41,861 nucleotides of DNA from Deltaproteobacteria bacterium (GTDB taxonomy: Bacteria > Desulfobacterota > BSN033 > UBA1163). Each line of letters starts with the position of its first letter. Position 1 is the first letter of the stretch. The notes below the pieces were generated by a model. It did no database searches. It worked only from the letters and a program-made list of their open reading frames with translations, and had not been told where the DNA came from. The stretch is taken from positions 1 to 41,861 of the forward strand of contig JBBITW010000005.1 of assembly GCA_037440525.1 (NCBI GenBank), written 5' to 3'. Positions 26,385-35,098 of the stretch are shown one piece after another. Made by a program: the position numbers and the translations under genes.

Positions 26385-28226
26385 TCATTTCAATTTTTCA
26401 GATTCCCCAGTGGAGCGGATCTTCACCTTCCCCCTTCCAGTCGTTCCACCCCTGACCTCTACTCGATTCTGCGTAATATCAAATATGATCTCATCTCCCT
26501 GGACCATATTTTCTCCTTCCCAGAGCTTTGGATCACCTGTCAGGATGACCTTTTGAGTTATATTGTAAAAGACTGCCTTCTCACAGTTGGCTACCCTTTG
26601 CCCTTGCTGAATCTTTACATTACCACCTGCCACAACCTTTTCAATGCCTTTTCCATCATCCAATATCGTAGCCTCTAAGGAATCTGAATATATAACAATG
26701 TCTTTCTGACGGGCAATAACATTTCCTCTAAAGATTATCAGATTCTCCCTTGAATAGGTCTCAACTCTGTCTGAAGTTATATCAATCGGCTCACCTGAAT
26801 CTACAATTTTTGATTCTGATTCAAAAGGAGTCTTTTTTGGGACGATTTCTTCTATCTTTACTTGGGGGCCTGGAATGGTTGAGGTCTTCTCTTCTTCTGA
26901 AGTAACCTTACCTCTGGATTGTTGGGGAGATATATTTAAAGCAATTTTCCCCTCATCTTCAGGTTTGATGGTAATATCCATCTCCCTTTGCCTCTCCTCT
27001 CTAACCATTTCGCTTCCTCGAGATGAAGCTACGGGGCGGTCTCCATATGGGGGAAAAGATGATGGAATTACTTCTTTCTTAGATTCCATTTCTGGTTCAA
27101 GCGGAATGATAAAGGATGAATCGCTCTTTTCAGATGTCTTTAAATCAGCCTTATCAACTTCTTTTGGATTAACAATCTCCCTTTTTTCTTCTTCAGGTTT
27201 GATCGCTTGCGATATGAGCTTCTTTGATTCTTCAGCCAAAGAGGATTGACTGGGAGTTTCAATTTTTGTAGGCAAAAGGGCCTCCTTCTGCCCAACTTTT
27301 TTCGTTTCCATTGCCTTCCCATCAAGGAATGGAACAGGGTGTCTCTTTTCGTCATCAAATTTTATCAGTGCAATGGTTTCGGCATCTGACTGAGATGGCT
27401 CCTCTTTAGCCTTTGGTCTTGATTTGAATAGCGAAATCCTCTTCTCTTTTGGGCCTTGATCGAGAATCGATCTTACCTCTTTTTGGTATGAACTTTTGGG
27501 ATACTCTTTCAGGATTCTCTCAAAGACCTCTTTGGCCTTTTCCCATTGATCAAGTTCAAGGTAGCTCTTTCCAAGAAGGTAAAGGGTTTTATCCTCATCC
27601 TTGCTTTTGGGAAAACTCTCAAGTAACCCCTCAAATCGTGAAGCTGAAGCCTTGAAGTTTCCTTTCTTATAGTAGAAATTTCCTATATAAAACTCATGAT
27701 CAGCCAGTTGCCTCTTACATATCTCAATCTTTTCCTTTGCCTTCTCAGTGAAGATACTTGGGGGATAATTTGCTACAAGATATTCAAAATTGGAGAGGGC
27801 CTTTTGAGTTGAGGTCTGATCCCTATCAAAGGTCCGCATCTGGTTAAAGTAAGCCATTCCGATCTGAAACTGGACGTAGGGAATATCCTCATGTGTGGGA
27901 TGAATCTTTTTAAATTCTTCATAAGCAGCAATTGCCTCAACATAGTCCTTTTGATAGAAATGACAATCGCCGACCTTAAGTTCTGCCCAAATGGTGTAGG
28001 GAGGACTATCGGGGAAGCTCGATTTTATCTGTTCAAATATCTTCAGGGCCTCTGAGTAGTCCCTCTTATTGAAACGCGAAAGCCCCTGTTTATATAAAAG
28101 TTCGGGGTCTCCCCTTATTGTCCTGATTTCCTTTCCCTTGCCCGCACATCCAAGAAGAATTGAAACGGCGAGGGGAAGAAAAATTATAAACTTTAAGATT
28201 CTAAATTTCATTATCTTTATTTCCAT
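26385..28226 (-). CDS. BamD-like TPR lipoprotein fused to a C-terminal OstA/LptA-like domain
   Basis: Lipobox LLGC at residues 24-27. BamD/YfiO-type TPR region at about residues 38-265 (YP.S....A......C...LA.HEFYIGNFYYKKGNF.A). An E/K/S/P-rich linker spans about residues 266-480. The C-terminus reads ITSDRVE......IIFRGNV......IVIYSD.LE.......IEKVVAGGNVKI.QG......EKAVFY....KVILTGDP.LWEG.N.V.GDEIIFD, typical of the LptA/LptC/LptD-N jellyroll. The start may instead be the sixth codon, ATG 28211. Confidence 0.75.
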   Translation of the reverse strand: MEIKIMKFRILKFIIFLPLAVSILLGCAGKGKEIRTIRGDPELLYKQGLSRFNKRDYSEALKIFEQIKSSFPDSPPYTIWAELKVGDCHFYQKDYVEAIAAYEEFKKIHPTHEDIPYVQFQIGMAYFNQMRTFDRDQTSTQKALSNFEYLVANYPPSIFTEKAKEKIEICKRQLADHEFYIGNFYYKKGNFKASASRFEGLLESFPKSKDEDKTLYLLGKSYLELDQWEKAKEVFERILKEYPKSSYQKEVRSILDQGPKEKRISLFKSRPKAKEEPSQSDAETIALIKFDDEKRHPVPFLDGKAMETKKVGQKEALLPTKIETPSQSSLAEESKKLISQAIKPEEEKREIVNPKEVDKADLKTSEKSDSSFIIPLEPEMESKKEVIPSSFPPYGDRPVASSRGSEMVREERQREMDITIKPEDEGKIALNISPQQSRGKVTSEEEKTSTIPGPQVKIEEIVPKKTPFESESKIVDSGEPIDITSDRVETYSRENLIIFRGNVIARQKDIVIYSDSLEATILDDGKGIEKVVAGGNVKIQQGQRVANCEKAVFYNITQKVILTGDPKLWEGENMVQGDEIIFDITQNRVEVRGGTTGRGKVKIRSTGESEKLK

Positions 28227-28240
28227 CCTGGGATAGAAAT

Positions 28241-28269
28241 ATTATGATGGGTTGCCAGAGATATGTCAA
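28241..28269 (-). promoter_or_regulatory. Candidate sigma70-type promoter of the BamD-LptA fusion gene
   Basis: On the minus strand: TTGACA (28269-28264), a 17-nt spacer, then CATAAT (28246-28241). This is only about 15 nt upstream of ATG 28226. Confidence 0.45.
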
Positions 28270-28489
28270 TATCGAAATTATTTATCCTTAGCCAATTAAA
28301 AATCTTTTTTTACAATCCACTATTGTGGTCAGATCTTTCAATATAGCATTTTAGATTCTCTAATTTTGAATTGTATAATTTAATACTAAACCGTATTAAT
28401 TTTTTACTGTTTCAGCAAAGGGATGAATTCTTATTCTACTACCTGGTTTGATGGGATCAATTTTCATGGATTTATAAATTAATTATTAC

Positions 28490-28663
28490 CTAAATTGAGC
28501 GATTTTTTACCAAAAGCCTTTCCGCCAAAAAAAAGCGGATCAGTCATTACGTGGCAATCCGACGAAGTCGTTGCTTGGCAATCTTATAGATTCCTCGCTC
28601 CGCTCGGAATGACAATTTTGGAGAGATTGCCTCGCAATGACAATCTGGAATCGCTCAATTTAG
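28490..28663 (+). repeat. R2-family composite interspersed repeat, full copy
   Basis: Bounded by inverted termini CTAAATTGAGCGATT (28490-28504) and AATCGCTCAATTTAG (28649-28663). The interior is built from GTCATT-type and GGCAATC-type modules, including the reverse-complement form TAGATTCCTCGCTCCGCTCGGAATGAC. It is homologous in inverse orientation to 40038-40249. Confidence 0.7.
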
Positions 28664-28776
28664 ATATTAAAAAGATTGATCTCATTCTAAATTAATTTGA
28701 TTTTCAGGTCAATCATGTTTTTACTTGAATTTTAAAAAGAAAATCTTTAAGATAACATAAAAAAGAAAGGGAGAGA

Positions 28777-29946
28777 ATGATGAAGATTGAGATGGCTGAA
28801 AGGATTAATCAAATTCCCCCATATCTTTTTGCCGAGATTGATAAGAAGAAGGAAGAGATTAAGAAGAGGGGAGTGGACCTCATAGACCTCGGGATTGGAG
28901 ATCCTGATTTACCAACACCCAAACCTATTATTGAGAGGTTAAAGAGGGCATCTGAGGATCCGAGGAATCATAGATATCCTTCATACGAAGGGATGATAGA
29001 ATTTAGAGAGGCTGTGGTTCAATGGTATAAGCAGAGGTTTGGTGTCAAATTTGATCCACAGAGTGAAGTTCTTACATTGATTGGTTCGAAGGAAGGAATT
29101 GCTCATATCCCGCTTTCTTTTGTTAACCCTGGTGATTATGTGTTGGTTCCAAGTCCTGGATATCCAGTCTATCGTGTTTCAACACTTTTTGCAGGTGGAA
29201 TCCCATATTTTTTTACCTTAAGGAAAGAGAACGGATTTTTACCAGACCTTTCGGAAATTCCAGAAGAGGTAGCAGAAAGGGCAAAGATTCTTTTCATAAA
29301 TTATCCAAACAATCCCACCTCTGCGGTAGCCGAAAAGAGATTCTTTGATGAGGTAGTATCCTTTGCTCTACGCTACAGGATAATAGTATGCCACGATGCG
29401 GCCTATTCTGAACTGGCATTTGATGGATACAGACCTCCGAGCTTCTTTGAGGCCGAGGGCTCGAAAGAGGTTGGTATTGAATTCCATAGCCTTTCAAAAA
29501 CCTTCAATATGACAGGCTGGAGGATTGGTTTTGCAGTTGGTAGATCAGAAATCATCTCAGGGCTTGGCAGGGTTAAGACCAATATTGACTCCGGTTTATT
29601 TCAGGCCATACAGGAGGCAGGTATTGAAGCCCTTAACCATTTTACAACCCCTCTTTCAGACATCATCCAGATATATGAACGAAGGAGAGATATAATGGTA
29701 GAGGGACTGAGGGAGATAGGCCTTGAGGTTGATAAACCAAAGGCAACATTCTACCTATGGATACGTGTTCCACATGGATATACCTCAACTCAGTTTGCCA
29801 CATTACTGATAGAAAAGGCAGGGATCGTTGCAACCCCGGGCAATGGTTTTGGAGATGGAGGGGAGGGCTTTATAAGAATGGCCCTAACCATCGAGGAATC
29901 GAGGTTAAAAGAGGCGATTGAGAGACTTAAAAAGATCAGGTTTTAA
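28777..29946 (+). CDS. dapL: Class I/II PLP aminotransferase, LL-diaminopimelate aminotransferase (DapL)-like
   Basis: Motifs [32 protein letters not shown] and PLP-lysine context [14 protein letters not shown]. The DapL assignment is from sequence resemblance only. The start may be the second ATG at 28780. Confidence 0.65.
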   Translation: MMKIEMAERINQIPPYLFAEIDKKKEEIKKRGVDLIDLGIGDPDLPTPKPIIERLKRASEDPRNHRYPSYEGMIEFREAVVQWYKQRFGVKFDPQSEVLTLIGSKEGIAHIPLSFVNPGDYVLVPSPGYPVYRVSTLFAGGIPYFFTLRKENGFLPDLSEIPEEVAERAKILFINYPNNPTSAVAEKRFFDEVVSFALRYRIIVCHDAAYSELAFDGYRPPSFFEAEGSKEVGIEFHSLSKTFNMTGWRIGFAVGRSEIISGLGRVKTNIDSGLFQAIQEAGIEALNHFTTPLSDIIQIYERRRDIMVEGLREIGLEVDKPKATFYLWIRVPHGYTSTQFATLLIEKAGIVATPGNGFGDGGEGFIRMALTIEESRLKEAIERLKKIRF

Positions 29947-30042
29947 ACATACCCTTTCCCCGTAAATCTTTATGCCATCAATCAACATAGTATCAACTCT
30001 TTATCTTGCCTCAAAGTTCCATAGAGAAACATGGAGGTTAAT

Positions 30043-31365
30043 ATGCAGGAACTTCTTGGAGAAATATTTCTTATAGGGATCCTTATCCTCTTAAATGGTT
30101 ATTTATCTGGAACAGAGATTGCCGTTGTGACTGCCAGAAAAAGTCATATCCAGCATATGGTAGAAAAGGGGGTAAGGGGTGCAAAGGCATTTCTCAGACT
30201 TAAGGAGAATCCCGATAGGTTTCTTGCTACCATTCAGATTGGGATCACAGGTGTAAGTGTTCTGGCATCGGCAGTTGGTGGCGTTGCGGCAGTAAAGGTG
30301 ATCAAACCAGCCCTTCAGATCGTTCCAATCAGAGCCATATCACTGGGTGCAGAGCCAATTGCCATTGGTATTGTTGTAGTCCTGATTACATACTTCTCGG
30401 TTATATTCGGAGAGCTTGTTCCAAAGTCAATTGCCTTGATGCATCCCGAACGAATTGGGCTCTGGACAGCAAGAACGATCGATAAATTTTCGAAGGTATT
30501 CTTCATCTTTGTAAAGTTTCTTACCCTTAGTACTTCTATTGTTCTTACTCCATTCGGTAGAAGACCATTTACCGAAAGGGCCTATATTACTGAAGAAGAG
30601 GTCAGGCTCCTCATAAAAGAGGGAGGGAGACATGGGGTATTTGAACCAACCGAGGAGAAGATCCTGCAGAGAGTCTTCGAATTTACAGACATGTTTGCAA
30701 AGGAAGTGATGGTTCCTCTAACACAGATCGTTGCTATACAGATAGATAAATCATCCCAGGAGATAAGGGTGCTCATAGAAGAGGAACAGTTCTCCCGTTA
30801 TCCGGTCTATGGAAGAGATCTTCAGGATATAAGAGGAATTCTACATGCTAAAGATTTTCTTACTCTCCTGACAAAAACAGGGCAGGTCGATATCAGAAAG
30901 ATCATCAAACCACCTTTCTTCATTCCTGAGACGATGAAGATAAGTCTCCTGCTCGGTGAGATGCAGAAAAGAAGGACCCATATGGCCCTTGTTGTGGATG
31001 AATATGGTGGAATCTCTGGTCTTGTTACCATTGAGGACCTCCTTGAAGAACTTGTAGGTGAGATAAGAGATGAATATGATGTTGAAAGCCCTGTGATTCA
31101 ACTGAGGGATGGAAGTCTTCTGATCGATGCATCGATAAGCCTTAGGGACCTAAAGGAGGATTACAGTATTTCACTTCCTGAATCACCAGAATATGAAACA
31201 CTTGGAGGCTTCCTGATGACTGCCTTACAGAAGATTCCTCAGGTTGGTGACAAGGTAGAAGTAGAGGAGAAGAGGCTAAATATTGTTGAGATGTTCGGTC
31301 AAAGGATCTCAAAGGTGAGGTTAGAGAAAATTACTGTAATTGGGGACAGCTTCACATTTAAGTAG
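30043..31365 (+). CDS. Hemolysin-family / CNNM (DUF21)-CBS-CorC_HlyC membrane protein
   Basis: DUF21 TM domain (LNGYLSGTEIAVV), a CBS pair and a C-terminal CorC/HlyC transporter-associated domain. GGAGG lies 5 nt before ATG 30043. The track start at 30031 contains that Shine-Dalgarno sequence. Confidence 0.85.
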   Translation: MQELLGEIFLIGILILLNGYLSGTEIAVVTARKSHIQHMVEKGVRGAKAFLRLKENPDRFLATIQIGITGVSVLASAVGGVAAVKVIKPALQIVPIRAISLGAEPIAIGIVVVLITYFSVIFGELVPKSIALMHPERIGLWTARTIDKFSKVFFIFVKFLTLSTSIVLTPFGRRPFTERAYITEEEVRLLIKEGGRHGVFEPTEEKILQRVFEFTDMFAKEVMVPLTQIVAIQIDKSSQEIRVLIEEEQFSRYPVYGRDLQDIRGILHAKDFLTLLTKTGQVDIRKIIKPPFFIPETMKISLLLGEMQKRRTHMALVVDEYGGISGLVTIEDLLEELVGEIRDEYDVESPVIQLRDGSLLIDASISLRDLKEDYSISLPESPEYETLGGFLMTALQKIPQVGDKVEVEEKRLNIVEMFGQRISKVRLEKITVIGDSFTFK

Positions 31366-31542
31366 AATATAATCTACTTAAATTAATAAAATAATTGAGT
31401 GGTTGTCCTGTTAAATAAATTTTTTAAAAATCAATATTTGGGTTCACTCAACACCTATCCCTTCCCCCATCGAATTTCAATTAATTTCAATGTAAAATGT
31501 GTACCCCTCTACAATTTTAGACCTGACACTGAGTTTTTCTTT

Positions 31543-31571
31543 TTGAAATTTTTTTAACAATATATTAAATT
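31543..31571 (+). promoter_or_regulatory. Candidate promoter of the orphan-gene/hppA island
   Basis: TTGAAA (31543-31548), a 17-nt spacer, then TAAATT (31566-31571), in an AT-rich spacer. Confidence 0.3.
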
Positions 31572-31604
31572 TAAATTTATTTCCTAAGAATGGGGGTAGA
31601 AGAT

Positions 31605-32435
31605 ATGAGAGACATCAGACTTGTCCTCATCGCACCAGAAGGTGCTGTTGTGGCAACAAGCCTCGGCATTGAAGGATTCACAAGGCACATAAGTCCTGGT
31701 TCGGGTAAATACTTCTCCAACCGCGCTGTTCTGTTTGATCTTGCATTGGAAGGTGACCGTCCTGCCTTCTCCTATTTGAATGAAGGTGGATGGCGTGACC
31801 CAACTTCGGATACCATAATGGCCTTACAGTCAGCTCTAAGAGGCAAGCGCACAAAGACCGCCCTTTCCAATGGTGCATTTTCCTGTGTCCCTATCACGGC
31901 CCATCGTGCCTGTTACCTTGTAAAAACAGGAGGGCTTATTCAGCCCATGATTGATCGTGGAGAGGTAGTGCACTTTATATCACATGTGTGTAACGAATGG
32001 ATGACTCCCGATGAGATAGCCACTGCCATTGGTTGCTCCGTACCATCCCAGCGCACCCAGCGCCTTTATATGGTGATTTGCCCGGTCGAACTTGTGGTTA
32101 TGTCAAATCTTACCCCTGCTGAGTATGCGTGGTACTCAACCCATCGTCCAGGCAAGATCTTTCGCCAGGTGATTTTTACCGAGTTAAAAGAGGAACTACC
32201 TCACCTTGCAGCCAAGAGCCACTATATAAGAGCGCGGGAGGAACTCGCAGGCAATCCTATGAAGAAGACCAAGACAATCATAGGAGGTGGATGTATTAAT
32301 CGCGTCCTTTTCTCGGCTTGGGTGGGTTATAAAAAGCCTGGAGTGGGTGGATTATATGTAGCTGATAAAGAACATCTCCGCATCTGGGAATTTCCATCAG
32401 AGCTCGAGGAGAGGTGGGAGAAATCAGAAGGTTAA
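31605..32435 (+). CDS. Hypothetical soluble protein with no recognised family, co-oriented with hppA
   Basis: Long ORF with the same elevated GC and CGN-arginine usage as hppA. GGGGGT lies 7 nt before ATG 31605; the track start is 31590. I saw no TM segments and no motif I recognise. Confidence 0.6.
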   Translation: MRDIRLVLIAPEGAVVATSLGIEGFTRHISPGSGKYFSNRAVLFDLALEGDRPAFSYLNEGGWRDPTSDTIMALQSALRGKRTKTALSNGAFSCVPITAHRACYLVKTGGLIQPMIDRGEVVHFISHVCNEWMTPDEIATAIGCSVPSQRTQRLYMVICPVELVVMSNLTPAEYAWYSTHRPGKIFRQVIFTELKEELPHLAAKSHYIRAREELAGNPMKKTKTIIGGGCINRVLFSAWVGYKKPGVGGLYVADKEHLRIWEFPSELEERWEKSEG

Positions 32436-32513
32436 TTTCCTGAACTTCGATCAAATGAGCTCAAGTGCTGGATTTGAGGTTCGATTTTTTAATTCACGAA
32501 TGGAGATCATAAG

Positions 32514-35078
32514 ATGAGGGCTATGAAGGTATTACGAAAGATCATTAAAACTAAATTAAACTACCGAGTATTGCTATTAATCGGCATTTCATCTCTTTTT
32601 GCTTCGGCCCTTTTCGGGCCACTGTTGGTCTTCGAAAACCCTGCACAAGGAGCAACGTCTTCCAACTCTATAGGAGAGCATAGTTTCAAGTTTTTCGCTA
32701 TCTTTACAGACCCTACTTATAGCAGAGTTGAGGTTGTGAGTCTCATATCAGTGCTGGTTATAGCCATTGCAGGTCTTCTTTATGCTCTTATGCTGGTGGG
32801 CCAGGTGAAGCGTTCAGACCAGGGCACTGCGCGTATGCAGGAAATTGCGGCTGCGATTCGCGAAGGGGCCAATGCTTACCTATCTGCTCAATTCCGAAAG
32901 ATAGGTCCCCTAATCGCTCTTATAACAGTTCTGCTTGCAGTTACCTATACAGGAGAGGAGAACGCTTTCCGATATGGACGGGCAGGAGCCTTTCTTGTTG
33001 GTGCACTGTTCAGTTGGTGTGTGGGATTTGTTGGAATGCGACTTGCTACAACTGGAAACCTCCGCGTAGCCGCCACGGCGAAGCGGTCTTATGGTGAGGC
33101 ACTCCAACTCGGCTACCGGACTGGAACTATTACTGGGATGCTTACAGATGGCCTCGGCCTTCTCGGTGGAACAACAATATTCCTGATCTTTGGTGTCAAG
33201 GCTTATGAAGCGCTTCTTGGCTTTGGATTCGGGGGTACGCTAATTGCCCTCTTTATGCGTGTGGGGGGTGGAATTTACACCAAGGCTGCAGATGTCGGTG
33301 CTGACCTTGTTGGTAAAATCGAGAAGGAAATCCCGGAGGATGACCCGCGTAATGCTGCAACCATCGCTGACAATGTTGGTGACAATGTGGGTGATTGCGC
33401 CGGTATGGCCGCCGATATATTTGAATCCTATGAGGTCACCATCGTTGCCGCCATGGTTCTCGGTATGGCGAGCTTTGGCCACAAAGGCGTGCTCTTTCCT
33501 CTACTTGTTCGAGGCATTGGTGTGCTCGGTTCAATAATTTCAACCTACACTGTGCGTGCTGGGGCTGACGATACATCTGACAAAGCCTTACGGAGTGTTC
33601 ACCGAGGTTTCTGGATCGGTTCAATCATATCAGTGGTTGGCTTCTTCGCCCTTGGCTTTTATTATCTACGCTTTGATCAGAGTTACTTCACTTCCAACCC
33701 CATGGCAGTCGAAGGTTTCCCTGGAGGTGATCCTACAAGGCTTCCATTCTGGGCTAACTTCGGGATTTTGGGTCTGGATATGAGGCCAGCTATTACCTGT
33801 TTGATTGGCATCTTTCTCGCTGTGGCACTGAACAAGGTAACTTCATACTATACCCATACTTCACATGAACCAGTAAAGAGCTTGGCTAAGGCATGCACTA
33901 CCGGCCACGCAACCAATATTATTCAGGGATTTGCTGTTGGGTATGAGTCCACAGTTACAGCCATAGTGGTTATCGGTTGTTCGATCCTATTGTCCGTCCT
34001 CACCTACTCCGGCACTCCACCAATGTTTATTGCCTACGGCGTTGCAATGACAGGCATCGGAATGCTAACCCTAACCGGCAACACAATCTCCATGGATGTT
34101 TTCGGTCCGGTTGCGGACAATGCTAATGGTATCGGAGAGATGGGTTACGACAGGGAGGAGATGGAACGTCAAAAGAGAGGTTCCTATAAAAGGGCCCGTC
34201 AGATTCTTGCTGATCTTGATGCAGTTGGCAATACAACCAAGGCGGAGACTAAGGGGATTGCCATTGGCTCAGCAGTGCTTGCTGCAGTATCGCTATTTTC
34301 GAGCTTCATAGCGGTCATCGCAGTAGGTAGTGAGGAGAAGATTGGCTTAATGAGTCTCGGACAATATTCACGTGAGGCCGGTCGGCTAACAGTTGCCGAG
34401 CCTTCTGTGTTCATCGGAATCCTGATTGGTGGTGCAGTTCCTTTCCTTTTCTCATCAATGCTCATACGCGCCGTTGGCCGCGCAGCTTATTACATAGTTA
34501 AGGAGTGTCGGATTCAGTTTCGCGACATTGAGATTCTGGAGGGCAAAAAGAAACCAAACTATGGTCGCGTCGTGGACATCTGCACCACCATGGCTCAAAA
34601 GGAATTAATTGGACCAGGTCTCCTGGCAATTGCAGTTCCACTCTTTGTTGGTTTCGTGCTTGGACCTTATGCACTCGGTGGCTACCTCGCGGGTATGATC
34701 CTTGTAGGACAGCTCCTTGCGGTCTTTATGACCAATGCCGGTGGCTGCTGGGATAATGCCAAGAAGTGGATTGAGGATGGAAACTACGGAGGTAAAGGTT
34801 CGGAGGCTCATAAAGCCAGTGTAACAGGCGATACCGTGGGTGATCCCCTGAAAGATACGGCCGGGCCAGCGATCAACCCACTGATCAAGGTTATGAACAT
34901 GGTAAGCCTCCTCACCCTCGGCCTGGTGCTCAAATATGGGTTGAGACTCAAGGAGGTCTCATTTAATATGCGCATTATCGGTTATGTTATCGTTCTCCTC
35001 TGTATAACTGCGATTGCCTGGGCTATATGGATTAGCAAAAAGGAGCCTGGTGACTACGAAGAGATGAACGAAAAATAA
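32514..35078 (+). CDS. hppA: Membrane-bound proton-translocating pyrophosphatase with the K+-independent signature
   Basis: Motifs GGGIYTKAADVGADLVGK.E..IPEDDPRNAA.IADNVGDNVGDCAGMAADIFESY, GNTTKAETKGIAIGSA and DTVGDPLKDTAGPAINPLIK. GGAG lies 8 nt before the ATG. Confidence 0.93.
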   Translation: MRAMKVLRKIIKTKLNYRVLLLIGISSLFASALFGPLLVFENPAQGATSSNSIGEHSFKFFAIFTDPTYSRVEVVSLISVLVIAIAGLLYALMLVGQVKRSDQGTARMQEIAAAIREGANAYLSAQFRKIGPLIALITVLLAVTYTGEENAFRYGRAGAFLVGALFSWCVGFVGMRLATTGNLRVAATAKRSYGEALQLGYRTGTITGMLTDGLGLLGGTTIFLIFGVKAYEALLGFGFGGTLIALFMRVGGGIYTKAADVGADLVGKIEKEIPEDDPRNAATIADNVGDNVGDCAGMAADIFESYEVTIVAAMVLGMASFGHKGVLFPLLVRGIGVLGSIISTYTVRAGADDTSDKALRSVHRGFWIGSIISVVGFFALGFYYLRFDQSYFTSNPMAVEGFPGGDPTRLPFWANFGILGLDMRPAITCLIGIFLAVALNKVTSYYTHTSHEPVKSLAKACTTGHATNIIQGFAVGYESTVTAIVVIGCSILLSVLTYSGTPPMFIAYGVAMTGIGMLTLTGNTISMDVFGPVADNANGIGEMGYDREEMERQKRGSYKRARQILADLDAVGNTTKAETKGIAIGSAVLAAVSLFSSFIAVIAVGSEEKIGLMSLGQYSREAGRLTVAEPSVFIGILIGGAVPFLFSSMLIRAVGRAAYYIVKECRIQFRDIEILEGKKKPNYGRVVDICTTMAQKELIGPGLLAIAVPLFVGFVLGPYALGGYLAGMILVGQLLAVFMTNAGGCWDNAKKWIEDGNYGGKGSEAHKASVTGDTVGDPLKDTAGPAINPLIKVMNMVSLLTLGLVLKYGLRLKEVSFNMRIIGYVIVLLCITAIAWAIWISKKEPGDYEEMNEK

Positions 35079-35098
35079 TGATTCAGGAAAAACAGACA

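Noticed and set aside
28416-28475. 19-codon ATG ORF (MNSYSTTWFDGINFHGFIN) in the AT-rich bamD-dapL spacer
   Set aside because: It has no properly spaced Shine-Dalgarno sequence, no evidence of conservation, and a length compatible with chance in AT-rich DNA.
28495-28695. 66-aa ORF in the bamD-dapL spacer
   Set aside because: It lies almost entirely within the R2 repeat copy. The peptide is a read-through of hairpin modules. It has no Shine-Dalgarno sequence, and the inverted copy at 40038-40249 has no equivalent ORF.
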